Assembly: GCA_023231475.1 (NCBI GenBank)
Contig: JALJEE010000597.1
Location: 1-56,794 of the forward strand
Source: Seison nebaliae
Lineage: Eukaryota
Length of the DNA: 56,794 bases
Reading direction: 5' to 3'
Shown one piece after another: positions 1 to 11,728 of this stretch. Position numbers and translations under genes: made by a program. The notes under the pieces are model-generated. The model did no database searches. It was given only the letters and a program-made list of their open reading frames with translations, and was not told the origin of the DNA. The first letter of the stretch is position 1. The number at the start of each line of letters is the position of its first letter.

Positions 1-535
1 CAACAACCCCCATGTTTATTAACCATACTTGGTTTAACATTGGAGCGGAAATGTTATATTTGTATGTGAATACTCAAAATGCGGTATTCACCTTTGGCTG
101 TACAAATGTAGTCGATACAAAATACAATAATTGCAGAATAAACAAATATAACTACTTTCATCAATATACAATTTACATTATATATTGCGACAATGGAATG
201 AGAGCACGAATAGGATTCGAACATGATACTTGGTATTGGAGGGAAAATATCATATGTGAATCGTTCTCTCCAGAGAAGGAAAGACTTATTTATGTAGATT
301 TCTAAGAATTATCGATACGATGATTATAAATATTAAAATAATATAAATTTCAGAAATTGTTTTAGAGCCAACAACAGGTGGACAAGTTGTCAATGAACAT
401 TTTGACTAATTTTGAAAAAGGACATCAATTGAAAGCTGATTTGCTTACGTAAGTTTTTTTCAACAATTTTTTATCGCATATGAAATTGAAAAAAACTAAT
501 TTTCAAATTTTAGATTTCATAAAATTAAATTATAA
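1..535 (+). CDS. 3' part of an unknown gene (partial; possible exons <1-293, 366-447, 514-535)
   Basis: Open frame to 305 with a GTAGAT donor at 294; TTTAG acceptor at 365 gives in-frame SQQQVDKLSMNILTNFEKG...; GTAAG donor near 448; last exon ends TAA at 535. No recognisable homology. Confidence 0.3.
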
Positions 536-726
536 TTTGAAAAAGAACTTTTTCATAACCATATTTCATTCTTTCAATTTCAGTTTTTATTACAAATTTT
601 GCAATTTGCAATTTACTTATTTTTTAAGTAAGTACCTTAATTTTTAAGTATTACAAAAACATTTTAAAGAACGTTTAAAAGAAAAATTATATGGAATGAA
701 GTAAAATTAAAATTTTTTTTTTCTGT

Positions 727-2035
727 TCACGAATATTGATTGTTGATTAAACGGCCGACTAATCCTTCTCGAACTTGAGTGGTGCCAGCACCGATTGTTG
801 CTAATTTCGAATCTCTCCAAATTCGATTGATTTCATCAAATCGTTCACAGTTCTCCAAATCTTTCGATGAGAGTTAAAAATGAAGAAATAATTAAAATAT
901 AAACTTGTGAAAGATAATAAATGATTAGTTATAGAGACACATTCTTCAGCTAGATGTAAAATGATTGAGGTACATTCAATTGGAGAATAAACTCCTCGAT
1001 CAACCGAACGTACTACCGTATAAAGATAAGAACGACAAGCATTAATTCGAGCATAAATTTTGAATAATTCATATCTCATGAATTGTTGATTAGAGAAAGA
1101 TTTTTTGAATATTTTAAAAATTTCTTCCATTTGTCCTAATGCGGCGGCGGATAAGACTAATCGTTCAAAGTCCAATCCACTCATCAAAATGTAGACGCCT
1201 TTCAGTTTCTTCCCAAGAATATTCTCCTCATCAACTTCAACATTATCCAATATCAATTCACAAGTATTACTTCCTCTCATTCCTAATTTGTCGAATTTTT
1301 TTGAAAGAGAAAAACCGTTCAAATTCCGTTCAACGAGAAAAGTTGTTATTCGATGGGAATTTGATAATTTCTCCGTTCCCATTTCATCGTCATCAGTTCG
1401 ACAATAAATAATGAAAATATCAGCATCATTTCCATTTGTTATCCAATATTTGGATCCATTCAAAATATATTTATCTGAATTCGATTTTTTTTTTGCTGTT
1501 AATTTCATAGAAACGACATCGGATCCACTATCACTTTCACTCATAGCAAGAGCTCCCACGAATTCTCCTGAACATAATTTTGGTAAATATTTCTCTTTCT
1601 GTTTCTCATTTCCATTTCTTATCAACTGATTGATACAGAGATTGGAATGAGCTCCATATGATAAGGAAAAGGCTCCAGATCGTCGACTTAATTCCTCACA
1701 AATGATACAATGTTCTTCATATCCAAATGATGCCCCACCATATTTATGATCAGCGGTCGGTCCTAATAACCCCATTGACCCTAATCGACGAAAGAGATAT
1801 CGAAAATTTTTCAAATTATTCTTCTTTTCTGCTTCTTTCACTCTCTTCTCACTCAATTCGACATTAGCGAAATATTTCACTAATTTCCGTAACTGTTTTT
1901 CCCAAACATTTCCATGACTGTCATAACTATTAATGAAGAGTTGTATAGAAATGGAACTTCGCTTTTATTCTTACTTTCTCCCAACGTCGAACTGATGGAA
2001 CGAAACGAATTAATTGCAAGTTTCTTTAAATTCAT
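727..2035 (-). CDS. IVD: Isovaleryl-CoA dehydrogenase-like mitochondrial acyl-CoA dehydrogenase
   Basis: Motifs SYGAHSNLCINQ, GALAMSE.DSGSDV, LNGSKYWITNG, KLGMRGSNTCEL and GLDFERL. Intron 861-904 joins the last exon ...IWRDSKLATIGAGTTQVR...TGA(727). ATG 2035 gives a presequence-like MNLKKLAINSFRSISST; the first-intron donor is ambiguous (likely acceptor at 1893). Confidence 0.85.
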
Positions 2036-2375
2036 TCTTTCTTCACATCTGTTATCAGTTTTGTCTTTGTATAATGGAAATGTAATTTTGATGTTATATG
2101 AACGATTTGATTTAAGAAATTTTTCTGAAAAAATTAATGAAAATTTGAAAAATAATACGAAACTTATTTCAAAAATTTTAATAAATTGAAATTTTTCGGA
2201 AAATATCTACAGATGGAAATTATTTTGAAAATATCAATAGAAAGAAATTTCTGAAAATAAAATTTAAGAATTTAATTAATAATTAAATATAATATTTTAT
2301 AATATAAAATTTATATTATTATTATTAAAGACATAAAATGATATTTTCTTAATAAGATGGAAAGAAGTTTTCATT

Positions 2376-3707
2376 TTAATAGTTGGTGGATGGAGAAGCT
2401 ACTTCATGATAATCCATTTCTAATGCTGCTAAATCTTCTCTAGCTTCGACAAATTCCGATTCCTCCATTCCATCCAAAAGATAATGATGAAGGAAAGCTT
2501 TACGAGAGAACATTAAGTCGAATTTCCTATCAATTCTTACCCAAGCTTCTCCTATTGCTGTAGTGTTACTCAACATGACTACAGCTCGTTGAACTTTAGC
2601 TAAATCTCCACCGGGTATGACCGTTGGTGGTTGATAATTGAGACCGATTTTAAATCCAGTTGGACACCAATCGACGAAATTCATTTGTCTCCCATCTTTT
2701 ATTCGATTTATGGTATTCGTCACGTCATTACCGGTGACATCGCCACGATAAAGGAGCGTGACGGCCATGTACTTTCCTTGAGATGGACGACATTTAACGA
2801 TTTGATTGGAATCTTGGAAACAATCGGTGGTGATATCGGCAGTAGTTAATGAGGAATGTGAAGCTGTTTCTACACCCACAACTGGAGCATAAGCAATTAA
2901 TGGAAAATGAATTCGTGGATATGGAACGAGATTTGTTTGAAATTCAGTAAATCCCACATTATTTTGTCCTTCGAATCGAAGTGGAGCCGTCACACTTGAA
3001 CACACTTGAGCTAATAAACGATTGACATTAGTAAATGTCGATTTGAGAACTTTTAATTTTTTCACAAGAATATCATAAACAGCCTCGTTATCTAAAACGA
3101 AACAACAATCAATATATTCCAATTGACTATGAGTTGTCAGAATGGAATTATATGGTTCCACCACTTCACTATGTAACACTGGTGATGGATAAACAGCTAA
3201 AGAGATTTTAGTTTTTCGTCCATACATCTGATTAATTTTATCGGTGAGAAGAGCGGTAAATCCGGAACCTGTACCACCACCGAATGAATGATAAATGAGA
3301 AAACCTTCAAAACCGGAACATCGATCGACTAATTTTCGTATTCGATCCATCGCTACAGAAATGAATTCGGAGCCGATGGTATAATAACCTTTTGCGTAAT
3401 TAGTTGCCGCATCTTCTTTTCCATTGATCAATTGTTCAGGATGGAATAATTGACGATATGTTCCGGTTCGAATTTCATCCAAAACTGTCGGTTCCAGATC
3501 AACAGACACTGCTCTTGGAACAAACTTTCCAGCGGCTGTTTCTTCGAAAAAAGTTTGGAACGAATTATCTATGGCACCATATGGTGCCAGACTTCTTGGA
3601 AGATAACCATCAGGTTGAATCCCATGTTCCAGACAATATAGTTCCCAACAAGCGTTTCCGATTTGGACACCGGCTTGTCCGATATGAATACTGACAATCT
3701 CTTTCAT
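2376..3707 (-). CDS. Divergent intronless alpha-tubulin
   Basis: [71 protein letters not shown]. True ATG is at 3707. Confidence 0.95.
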   Translation of the reverse strand: MKEIVSIHIGQAGVQIGNACWELYCLEHGIQPDGYLPRSLAPYGAIDNSFQTFFEETAAGKFVPRAVSVDLEPTVLDEIRTGTYRQLFHPEQLINGKEDAATNYAKGYYTIGSEFISVAMDRIRKLVDRCSGFEGFLIYHSFGGGTGSGFTALLTDKINQMYGRKTKISLAVYPSPVLHSEVVEPYNSILTTHSQLEYIDCCFVLDNEAVYDILVKKLKVLKSTFTNVNRLLAQVCSSVTAPLRFEGQNNVGFTEFQTNLVPYPRIHFPLIAYAPVVGVETASHSSLTTADITTDCFQDSNQIVKCRPSQGKYMAVTLLYRGDVTGNDVTNTINRIKDGRQMNFVDWCPTGFKIGLNYQPPTVIPGGDLAKVQRAVVMLSNTTAIGEAWVRIDRKFDLMFSRKAFLHHYLLDGMEESEFVEAREDLAALEMDYHEVASPSTNY

Positions 3708-4011
3708 CACAACAAATGATAAATGGAAGGACGAAAATTAAAAAGAAAAAGAAAAAATTAAATTTTTTGACAGAAACTTCAATTGAGTTCCGAAGAATAC
3801 GCTCCTAATCATTTCACTCAATTTTTACATATTTTCCTCAAAAGAATTTCCAATTTGAAAAATTCTATAAAAAAATTGATTAATAAATTTCTTAATTTGT
3901 TTATTATTCGTTGAAAAAAATTTCTAAAGTTTCAAACATCAGATCTTCTTTATTTTCATAAGAGACTCCAAAAACGACAATAACAATTTGTTGAGCTTTC
4001 CATTTATGTTC

Positions 4012-4668
4012 TCATTGAACTTGTTTCCAATTGACCGTTTTACCCTCCAATGGATGTTCCGTATTGGTCGGATCGATATTCGGGTGAATATCCCGAGCGA
4101 CTATCGTCGGATCGGTCTCCAAATATTTGTAAACGAATTTCATAAAATCGGAAACGGATTTCATGTCATCATTTTGCATCGTTACCACCGTAATTGGAGC
4201 ATAAGGTGTTTCTAAAGAAACATCTTTCTCATCTGTCGAAATCGATTTTCTCAACTGATCTAATTGTTTCTGCTCTTGCAATGTGTCGTTCATTATCTTT
4301 ATCATATTTTGATGTAATTTACCTCGTTCTCTAATCGGTATCTTATCCTTATTATTTACCACCATATTTGCCACTTTATTCACCGTTTTCAAAGTGGTCT
4401 CCATTTCTTTGGGATTAGTAACGGATTCGATTACCGATTTCGTACTAGGTCTCTCATGAATTCGATGTTCAAATTCGGAAAGCAAACTTTGAAATTCCTT
4501 TTGATATTGTACGAGTTGAATTTGATTCAATTTACTTCTTTCTCCCGGATCTGTTAGAACATTCTTCAAATATTCTAATCGTTTAATGACGGAGGGAGGA
4601 ATTGGTTGTGTGTGGAAGTAGGAGAGAAGTAAAGTTAATTGGAGAAAAATTAATTGAATTGTTTTCAT
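4012..4668 (-). CDS. Secreted orphan protein (~218 aa, helical/coiled-coil)
   Basis: ATG at 4668 begins signal-peptide-like MKTIQLIFLQLTLLLSYFHT; coding-like composition to the stop at 4012; no recognised domain. Confidence 0.65.
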   Translation of the reverse strand: MKTIQLIFLQLTLLLSYFHTQPIPPSVIKRLEYLKNVLTDPGERSKLNQIQLVQYQKEFQSLLSEFEHRIHERPSTKSVIESVTNPKEMETTLKTVNKVANMVVNNKDKIPIRERGKLHQNMIKIMNDTLQEQKQLDQLRKSISTDEKDVSLETPYAPITVVTMQNDDMKSVSDFMKFVYKYLETDPTIVARDIHPNIDPTNTEHPLEGKTVNWKQVQ

Positions 4669-4778
4669 CAAATCAATTAAGAAAAGATAAAGCAAACGAA
4701 AAAAAAATGAAGTAGAAAGCCAGAAAAAATAATATTGACAAACGATATTATTAAACTTTTTAATTTTTTTTATTTTCT

Positions 4779-5243
4779 TCAAATCTCTCCCTCTTTCGTG
4801 TTCTTTAACACTTTAAGAAATGTTCGGAATGCTCTCCCAATCTTTTGATATCTTTCTCGTTTCTGTTCCTCCTCAATTTGTTTCTCGTCTCGTCGATCGA
4901 TGATAATATTCGGTTTCAAACCAATCTCATCAATCACTTCCTTAACAATGGGGAATATTTTCATAGATTCGGTTTCAGTCAAATTAAATTTCCTCATTTT
5001 CTTCAAAATCGAACTCTCAATTAATTTGATAGTTTTCTTCTTTATCATTTGTTCTGGTACCGCTACTGGTCGTATACTTTCGGTATCATTTAAAAATTTT
5101 TCATAAACTTCAACTGGTGTGTCATCATCTTCGGATATTTTCTTTTTTTCATTCGATTCATAATTGGATGAAGCGACATTGATATATGTTTGTGAGAATG
5201 AGATGAAGATGAAGGAAAATGATAAAGATGGTAAAAGTTTCAT
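4779..5243 (-). CDS. Secreted orphan protein (154 aa)
   Basis: N-terminal hydrophobic MKLLPSLSFSFIFISFSQT, charged body, basic amphipathic C-terminus YQKIGRAFRTFLKVLK. Confidence 0.65.
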   Translation of the reverse strand: MKLLPSLSFSFIFISFSQTYINVASSNYESNEKKKISEDDDTPVEVYEKFLNDTESIRPVAVPEQMIKKKTIKLIESSILKKMRKFNLTETESMKIFPIVKEVIDEIGLKPNIIIDRRDEKQIEEEQKRERYQKIGRAFRTFLKVLKNTKEGEI

Positions 5244-5493
5244 TCAAGAGTTAGAGATTGAATTATGGAAAATAACAATTTAATTAGAAATGAAAAGTAA
5301 AATAGAATGAGAAGAATAAGATAAACAATTTTCTTTATTGATTTACGATTATCACTAAATTTGAGTGATGAATTTCAAAAAAAAAATGAGGTAAAAATGA
5401 AACATCATTTGACAATTAAAAGTAACTCGAAATAAATTGAAACTTTGAAAAAAAATTATTTTTTATATAATTAAAAATTTTCAAAATAATTTC

Positions 5494-7591
5494 TTAATGA
5501 GGAAGTATATCGGTAATGGAATTCCAAATTTTTCGAATGAATCCTGGTTTTTCAATTTTAGGAATTCGTTTAAAAATTTCCGTTTTCGGAATTTTACCCG
5601 GTTGAATTTCCCTTAATTTTTCTTTGACTTTTTCATAGACACCTTTCGGCATAAACTTCTTTATGATGAAATCAATCATATGATTCTTCTTCACTTTTCC
5701 AGAGGCGGTCGTATCGTTTCGAATTGTATGGTCTGCTTCTCGTTGAATACCGGCCAATCTTTTGGAACCTTTCCTACCTTCGAAGAAATTCATCAATTTT
5801 GAAGAATTGAAATTGAAGATATTTCCCAGAGCGAAACTGGCCAATAATGGAACTCCCATTGATTTGGCTCTATCCAGAAAACGGTTTTTTTTCGCTTTCT
5901 TCTTTTCCTCTCCCATCATATTGTCCAATTCTTTAAATTTCGCGTCCGTCAATTCTTTGTACGTCATTTTTGAATTTGACGGTTCAGGTGGAAATTCGGT
6001 TTTTGGTTTATTTTTATGTAATAATTTTTGTGCCATCAATGCCATCATTACGGTTGGTATTGCTGATTTGACAGATGATAATTTGGATTTCTTTTTCGAT
6101 CTCTCTTCCATTTGATGTTCGAGTTCTCTTTTTTCTTCGTTAAATTTCTCTTTTATATGAATTGGAAGTTGAGCTACAACTTCTTTCAATTCAATATCAT
6201 TATCTTTCAATTCATTTATAACTGCGTCATAATGTGTTGTATCTTCCTTCTCTTCAGATTGTTCATTTTGAAGAGAATTATGAGACTTCTTCATAATCGT
6301 AACAACATGTTCACCAATCTTTTCATCATTCTCTGATAAATCTGATGCTAAATGACTTAAACTTTTCAATTTATCTAGAGCATGAAATTTCGTTAATATT
6401 TCTTCATGTTTCTTCGCATTATGGATAGCAGCAAATTTCCAGAATTCCAATGGTTTATTATGATGGTCTTTTAACGATTCGAGATATGAACTGGAATATG
6501 TTTCAGATGTTCCTTCTTTATATGGTTTCAATGGAACATATTCTTCATCCACTTTCTTGTTCGAAGTTTTATTTAAACTGATAAAATTATTTAATAAAAT
6601 TATGCTAACAATAGAAATTTAACTTTGGGACAAATGCCACATCAATACCGTCGTCAGATAATGGAACCAAACTGTCGTTCTTCCAATAAAACGAATCAAC
6701 CCCTCTCCGTTGGACATAAGGAAGACCAGTGGCATCACTTTGTTGTTTGGCTCGAATAAAACTAGCATAATCTTTAATCGCTTCTGGATCATCTCCTTTC
6801 TGCGCTACCAATATCGTATTATGAGTTCGATTTGCATTTTCTGCAATTTATGAGATTTTAAATTTGAAAATTTAAAATATAAAATAACTTTCCGCTGCTT
6901 TATATTCGTTTAATAAATGAGTAAAGTTTTTGACTAATTCAATTTCCTTTTCTTTCGATATTGGAGAAGGAGTAGTTGAAGGAGGTGGTGAAGGAGGTGG
7001 TAGTGAAGGAGATGGTGCTGATGGAGCAGATGGTGTAGATGATGGTTTTGGTGAAGGAGAGGATGATGGAGTAAAAATGTTTGTATCGTTTTCTTGATTT
7101 TCGGATATTTCTTGTTTAGTCATATTTGTCGAGACTTTATCTATCAGATCTATATCATCCTCATCATCCTCATCATCATCATCATCATCATCACCATCTT
7201 CTTCTTCTTGAAGTTCATTATTGTCTGATTTTTTCACCGTGTCTCTAGCTACAGCTGCTGTTTTACTTTCATCCTTTTCATTTTTCTTTGGAGAATAACC
7301 AGAATTAGAAGTATTTTCGTCATAATTATAATTAACATATTTATCAGCAACATCACCAGATGCTTCTAAATCATCATCATCATCAGTATCTTCATCGTCT
7401 TCAATATCTTTTTTTATATCAGTTTCTTTATTAGCATATTCGTTCCGATTAAAATCAGTTTCATCTTTAATTCCAGGAAGATTTTTCGAAGTCAAATGAT
7501 TTATTTCATCTTCCAATTTTACATTGATGGAATATTGAAATAATAGAATCACTAGATAAAAGTAGAAAATTAAATGAAAAGTAAAATGCAT
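5494..7591 (-). CDS. Secreted orphan protein (~667 aa; acidic, Pro/Ser-rich and Lys-rich regions), 3 exons
   Basis: Track ORFs 6872-7615, 6605-6811 and 5494-6552 join in phase via GT-AG introns 6841-6888 and 6578-6623. ATG 7591 starts signal-like MHFTFHLIFYFYLVILLFQYS. Confidence 0.7.
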
Positions 7592-8015
7592 AGATAGCGA
7601 AAAGAGAATCAACAATTCAGATTGCTTAATCTTTCATGTTTCAGTTGTTAAACTCGACCGTTTTCAGATTAACTTTCAAATAAACACTGCATAATAAATT
7701 GATAATTTTTAAATAAAAATCATTTTAATTATCATAACTAAATCATTTAGTCTTTATCAATCAAATGAATGAACAATTAACATAATATTATTGACATGAA
7801 AGAGTTTCTTATGCCGATTAAAATCGATTGGAACATGATTATTTATTAATGAAAGGAGAACATCAATTTCAAATTATTCAATAAAAATGTGATTATTTCA
7901 TATTAAACTCCTAAAGGAATGACATCTGTTTAATCTAAAGAAATTTAAGTAAAATTCCTGAAGTTCAAGTTCATGCCAATTATTGATGTTTAAACGTTTC
8001 TTCTCATAAATATAA

Positions 8016-8383
8016 ATGTATCTGAAAATTTTCTTCATTATCTTCGCCCTAATACAAATTGGACAATGTGCTTTATGTTAGTTCTTTTTTATTCTTATTC
8101 TATATTATTCTTTAATAAAATTAATTAAGTTAATTTCTTTAATAATAAAGGAGTCGCTGCGAAAGAAAAAGAATTAGAAGAGCGACAACAACTGTTGTCG
8201 CAAAGGACAACCGATCTGATAGCGGAAGAACGAGATAAAGAAATTAGAAGATATATGTCTCTACATCCTTCGGTACGTGCAACTTTTCATCCCCCTCTTT
8301 CTCTCACCCAAACTACTCCACCGCCCATAGTTGTAGTGGTACAGCAACCGAAAAATTGGTGGGATAAATGGACGTCTTGGTAA
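8016..8383 (+). CDS. Small secreted peptide (~104 aa), 2 exons
   Basis: ATG 8016 MYLKIFFIIFALIQIGQCAL (signal peptide); intron 8077-8129 (GTTAGT...TAAG) restores frame into the 8195-8383 ORF ending PKNWWDKWTSW. Confidence 0.6.
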
Positions 8384-9454
8384 AGCGAAAAAAAACTTCA
8401 TAATTTTTCAATTTCGAATGAATTAAGAAAAGATAAATACTAAAATTATTTAAAGAATAAATTCTCAATTTTAATTGTTAGGTTGGATCATGAAAAGAAT
8501 GAATATTGAAGTTTTTAGAGAATTTTTCAAATTTTCTTTGGTTGAATAATTAACGATTGATAAGCTGAGAAGATTTTCTCAATTAATTTTTCCTTTATGA
8601 ATTTCACATCTTATCAAAATGATAAGTAACTTTACTCTCTTATATGGAATTGGCTGACGTTGTATAATAATTGAGAATTGGAAATTATCTTCTTCTGATA
8701 ATTCTATTGATTCATCATCTCAATCGATTTCTATAAATGTTTCTGTGTTGTTTTTTCCAAGTGATAATCGGTTTGAAAGAGAACTCATTTTCTCTTATTT
8801 ACTTTATTGTTCGACGTTTAAGAATTAGAGTAGAAAAGTCATTCGAACTTCGTGAAAGATCATCATATGTCTCATTTTGAGGTGTGAATCGTTGGGAAGA
8901 CGAAAATGATTGTTCATCATCAACATTTATTCATTGAAGAGAAGAGACTGATTAGGAGAATGAAACTTCCTTCGTATTTGTTTAAGAATGAGGAATAAAA
9001 TTTGTAGAATTGGAAGAAATGAGAGAAACGTTCGATCAAATAACATTTATTCCAACTGTGAATCTTCTTTATTCACAAGGAAATGTAACAAAAAACATTA
9101 TCAGATATAGAAACAACTTGTCTCATTTCTCAAATTTCTTTTAGTTGAAACGTTGAAATTCTTTAACAACTTATTAAAGGAAATTCTTAAAGGAAATTGT
9201 TAGAATATAAAAAAAGTTCGATGAAAAAGAAGAAGATAATTGGAAAAAAATTTAATAAATTAAAATAACTTATTAAATAAAATAATAATTCAAAAAAATT
9301 CTATGACTAGAAAATTTTTCTTTTTCTATTAACATTTTTTTTCTTTTCTATCATTTATTCTATTATTTAATTTTTCTCCTTTTTCTTTTTGAAAAAAAAT
9401 TAAAATAATTTTTTAGAATTTCTTTGAATCAGAAAAAAACCGATTGTTAGAAGG

Positions 9455-11105
9455 ATGAATTGTCCTCATTTGGTGAATATTGTGTTGATGTCATTCTCAT
9501 TCACATTCCTATTTACGGCATTCCAAACATGTTCAATGATTCAACAAAGTGTGATTGAAGGAGTGAAGAAAGAGAAACCGGATTTCAATGCAAGTGGATA
9601 TTATAGGTTTCCTTTGACATAAGGAGAACGTTCATTTTCATTATTCCGTCATGTAGTTTGGCAATCGTCTATTCCACTTTCGCTATATTCAATTGGATTG
9701 CACCGGCAATTATCTGTTTCATCGGTTCCGCAGCCAGTATGATAGTTGGAGCGTTGACTTATCTGTTAGCCTTTATAAATATCAATTTGAAAAATATCGT
9801 TTTTTTTTTAAGCGTATTTATCATAAATTTCTTTTGGCCTATGGAATGGTCATTTTATGCATCATCTGCAATTGTTGGAGCCGGAGCAGCCATTATTTGG
9901 ACTGGTCAAGGCAAATTTTTTACTATTCATTCTAATGAGAAAACGTTGGGAAGAAATTCGGGTATCTTTTGGGCCATCTTTCAAACATCATTATTACTCG
10001 GTAATATTTATGTGTACACTTCAGTGAAGACGGACATAATTGACAAAGCGTTAAGGAATCGAATATTTACCATCTTCTCCATTATCGGTTCCTGTGGCAT
10101 CTTCTTATTTATCGTCACATTTATCGTGCACACTTGTTGCACTTCAAGAACGAAGGAAGAAAACGATCATGAAATCGATAACGAAGTAGAGGAACATATT
10201 GATGATATTACTACACGATCATTATTGGAAGATGGTGAAAATCAAGAAGTGACGATAAAAGAGAAAGATAATGCTTTCATTCAATCAATTAAAGAAATTG
10301 GTTCATAAAATTATTTTAAAATTTTAAAATTTTAATATTTTTCAAATCCTTTTTTTAGGTGTCGCTGTTCGATTATTGGGAGAGAAGAAGATGCTCTTCC
10401 TCCTCATCATATTCGCTTATACTGGATTCGTTCTAACATTCTTCAGTGGAGTTTATGGAACATCGATCGGACATATAAAAAAACTTGGCGATCATCGAAA
10501 ATCATTTATTGGTCTTTGTGGAATTTTAATCGGTTGTGGGGAAATTGCTGGGGGAAGTATTTTCGGACTTTGTGGTACATTCATTAAGAAAGTTGGAAGA
10601 CGATCAATTATCGTCGTGGGATTCCTTCTACATGTAGCGGCATTCATTCTCATAATCTTATCATTACCTAAAGATTCGCCAATACGCGAAACTTCGGTGG
10701 ACGCTTATCTCAAACCAACTTTGACTCTCTATTTGACTATCGCATTTTTATTAGGTGCTGGCGATTCCAGTTATAATACACAAGTTAAAAAATTTCAATT
10801 TAATTATAATTTAAATTTATTTATTTCTTTAGTGTTATTCATTAATTGGATCAATTTGGTCGCAAAAAAGTGCCCCAGCCTTCGCCATTTTCAAATTTGT
10901 ACAAGTTAATAAAATTTATTTATTTAAATTTTCTTATTTCATTTATTAGTCATTGGCTGCAGCTACCGGTTTCTTCACCAGTAGTTATATGTATATATGG
11001 CACATTATGACTTTGCTCCTCATATTCCAAGTAATCGGTACAGTTTTATTAATTGTAGTTGAAGCTCAATCTCGTAAAGACGACGAAGAAGAACCAGTTA
11101 ATTAA
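9455..11105 (+). CDS. MFSD11: UNC93-like MFS protein MFSD11, 6 exons
   Basis: FLFTAFQT, SGYYSLAIVY, GAGAAIIWTGQG, GRNSGIFWA, GAGDSSYNTQ, PAFAIFKFVQS. Introns 9607-9656, 9765-9812, 10301-10358, 10784-10832, 10905-10949. Confidence 0.9.
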
Positions 11106-11728
11106 AATCATTCGTCTTCCATTTTATTCGGGAAATTTCTGGGAAAATTTAATTCCTTCCGTCCATCCTTCCAATCCATTCTCTCCTTTCATTCAAATTC
11201 CATCATATTCCTTAAGTTTTAAAAGTTTTCATTTGAACTTTATTTATGATAATTTGATGATATATATTGATGAATTAAATCGATTACTTTCAACAGATAA
11301 AATTAGTTTCTCTTCATTTTAATAAAATTATCGGAACTTTTATCCACCTAACATTTCAATTTATCTATGACATAAAATTATTTAAATAATTACTAGTATC
11401 TTATCATCTCGTATAAATTTAACATATGAATAATATGAAACTACCGTATAATATGGTACAACAAAATAAGGTGATGTTTCACATTTGATGAATGAAGTAA
11501 AAATATGATTTTCTGATTTGTTGGTTTTATTTGAGGTTTTAGAGTCGTTTGTAAAAATGGAATTTATTTTGCGGTTTAATGTACGTATGAGAATCGGTAT
11601 GATTTCCAGGAATTAAAGCTAATAGTAAATAGGAAGAAAAAGAAGAAAATTCAAACAATAATTATAATTTTACTATTCTGTTTTGTTTCGCCCTCTACTA
11701 ATTTACATATTTGTTTTCACTCAGTATT

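Noticed and set aside
1893..1975. Apparent non-canonical or frameshifted first intron of IVD (GTAAG donor out of phase)
   Set aside because: Phase-0 GTT donors with the CAG acceptor at 1893 give a canonical solution.
8076..8152. Splicing to the AAAG at 8150 creates an in-frame TGA in a C-A-L-U context (possible selenoprotein)
   Set aside because: The upstream TAAG acceptor at 8129 gives a typical 53-nt intron and an open frame; the Cys lies in a signal peptide and no SECIS was seen.
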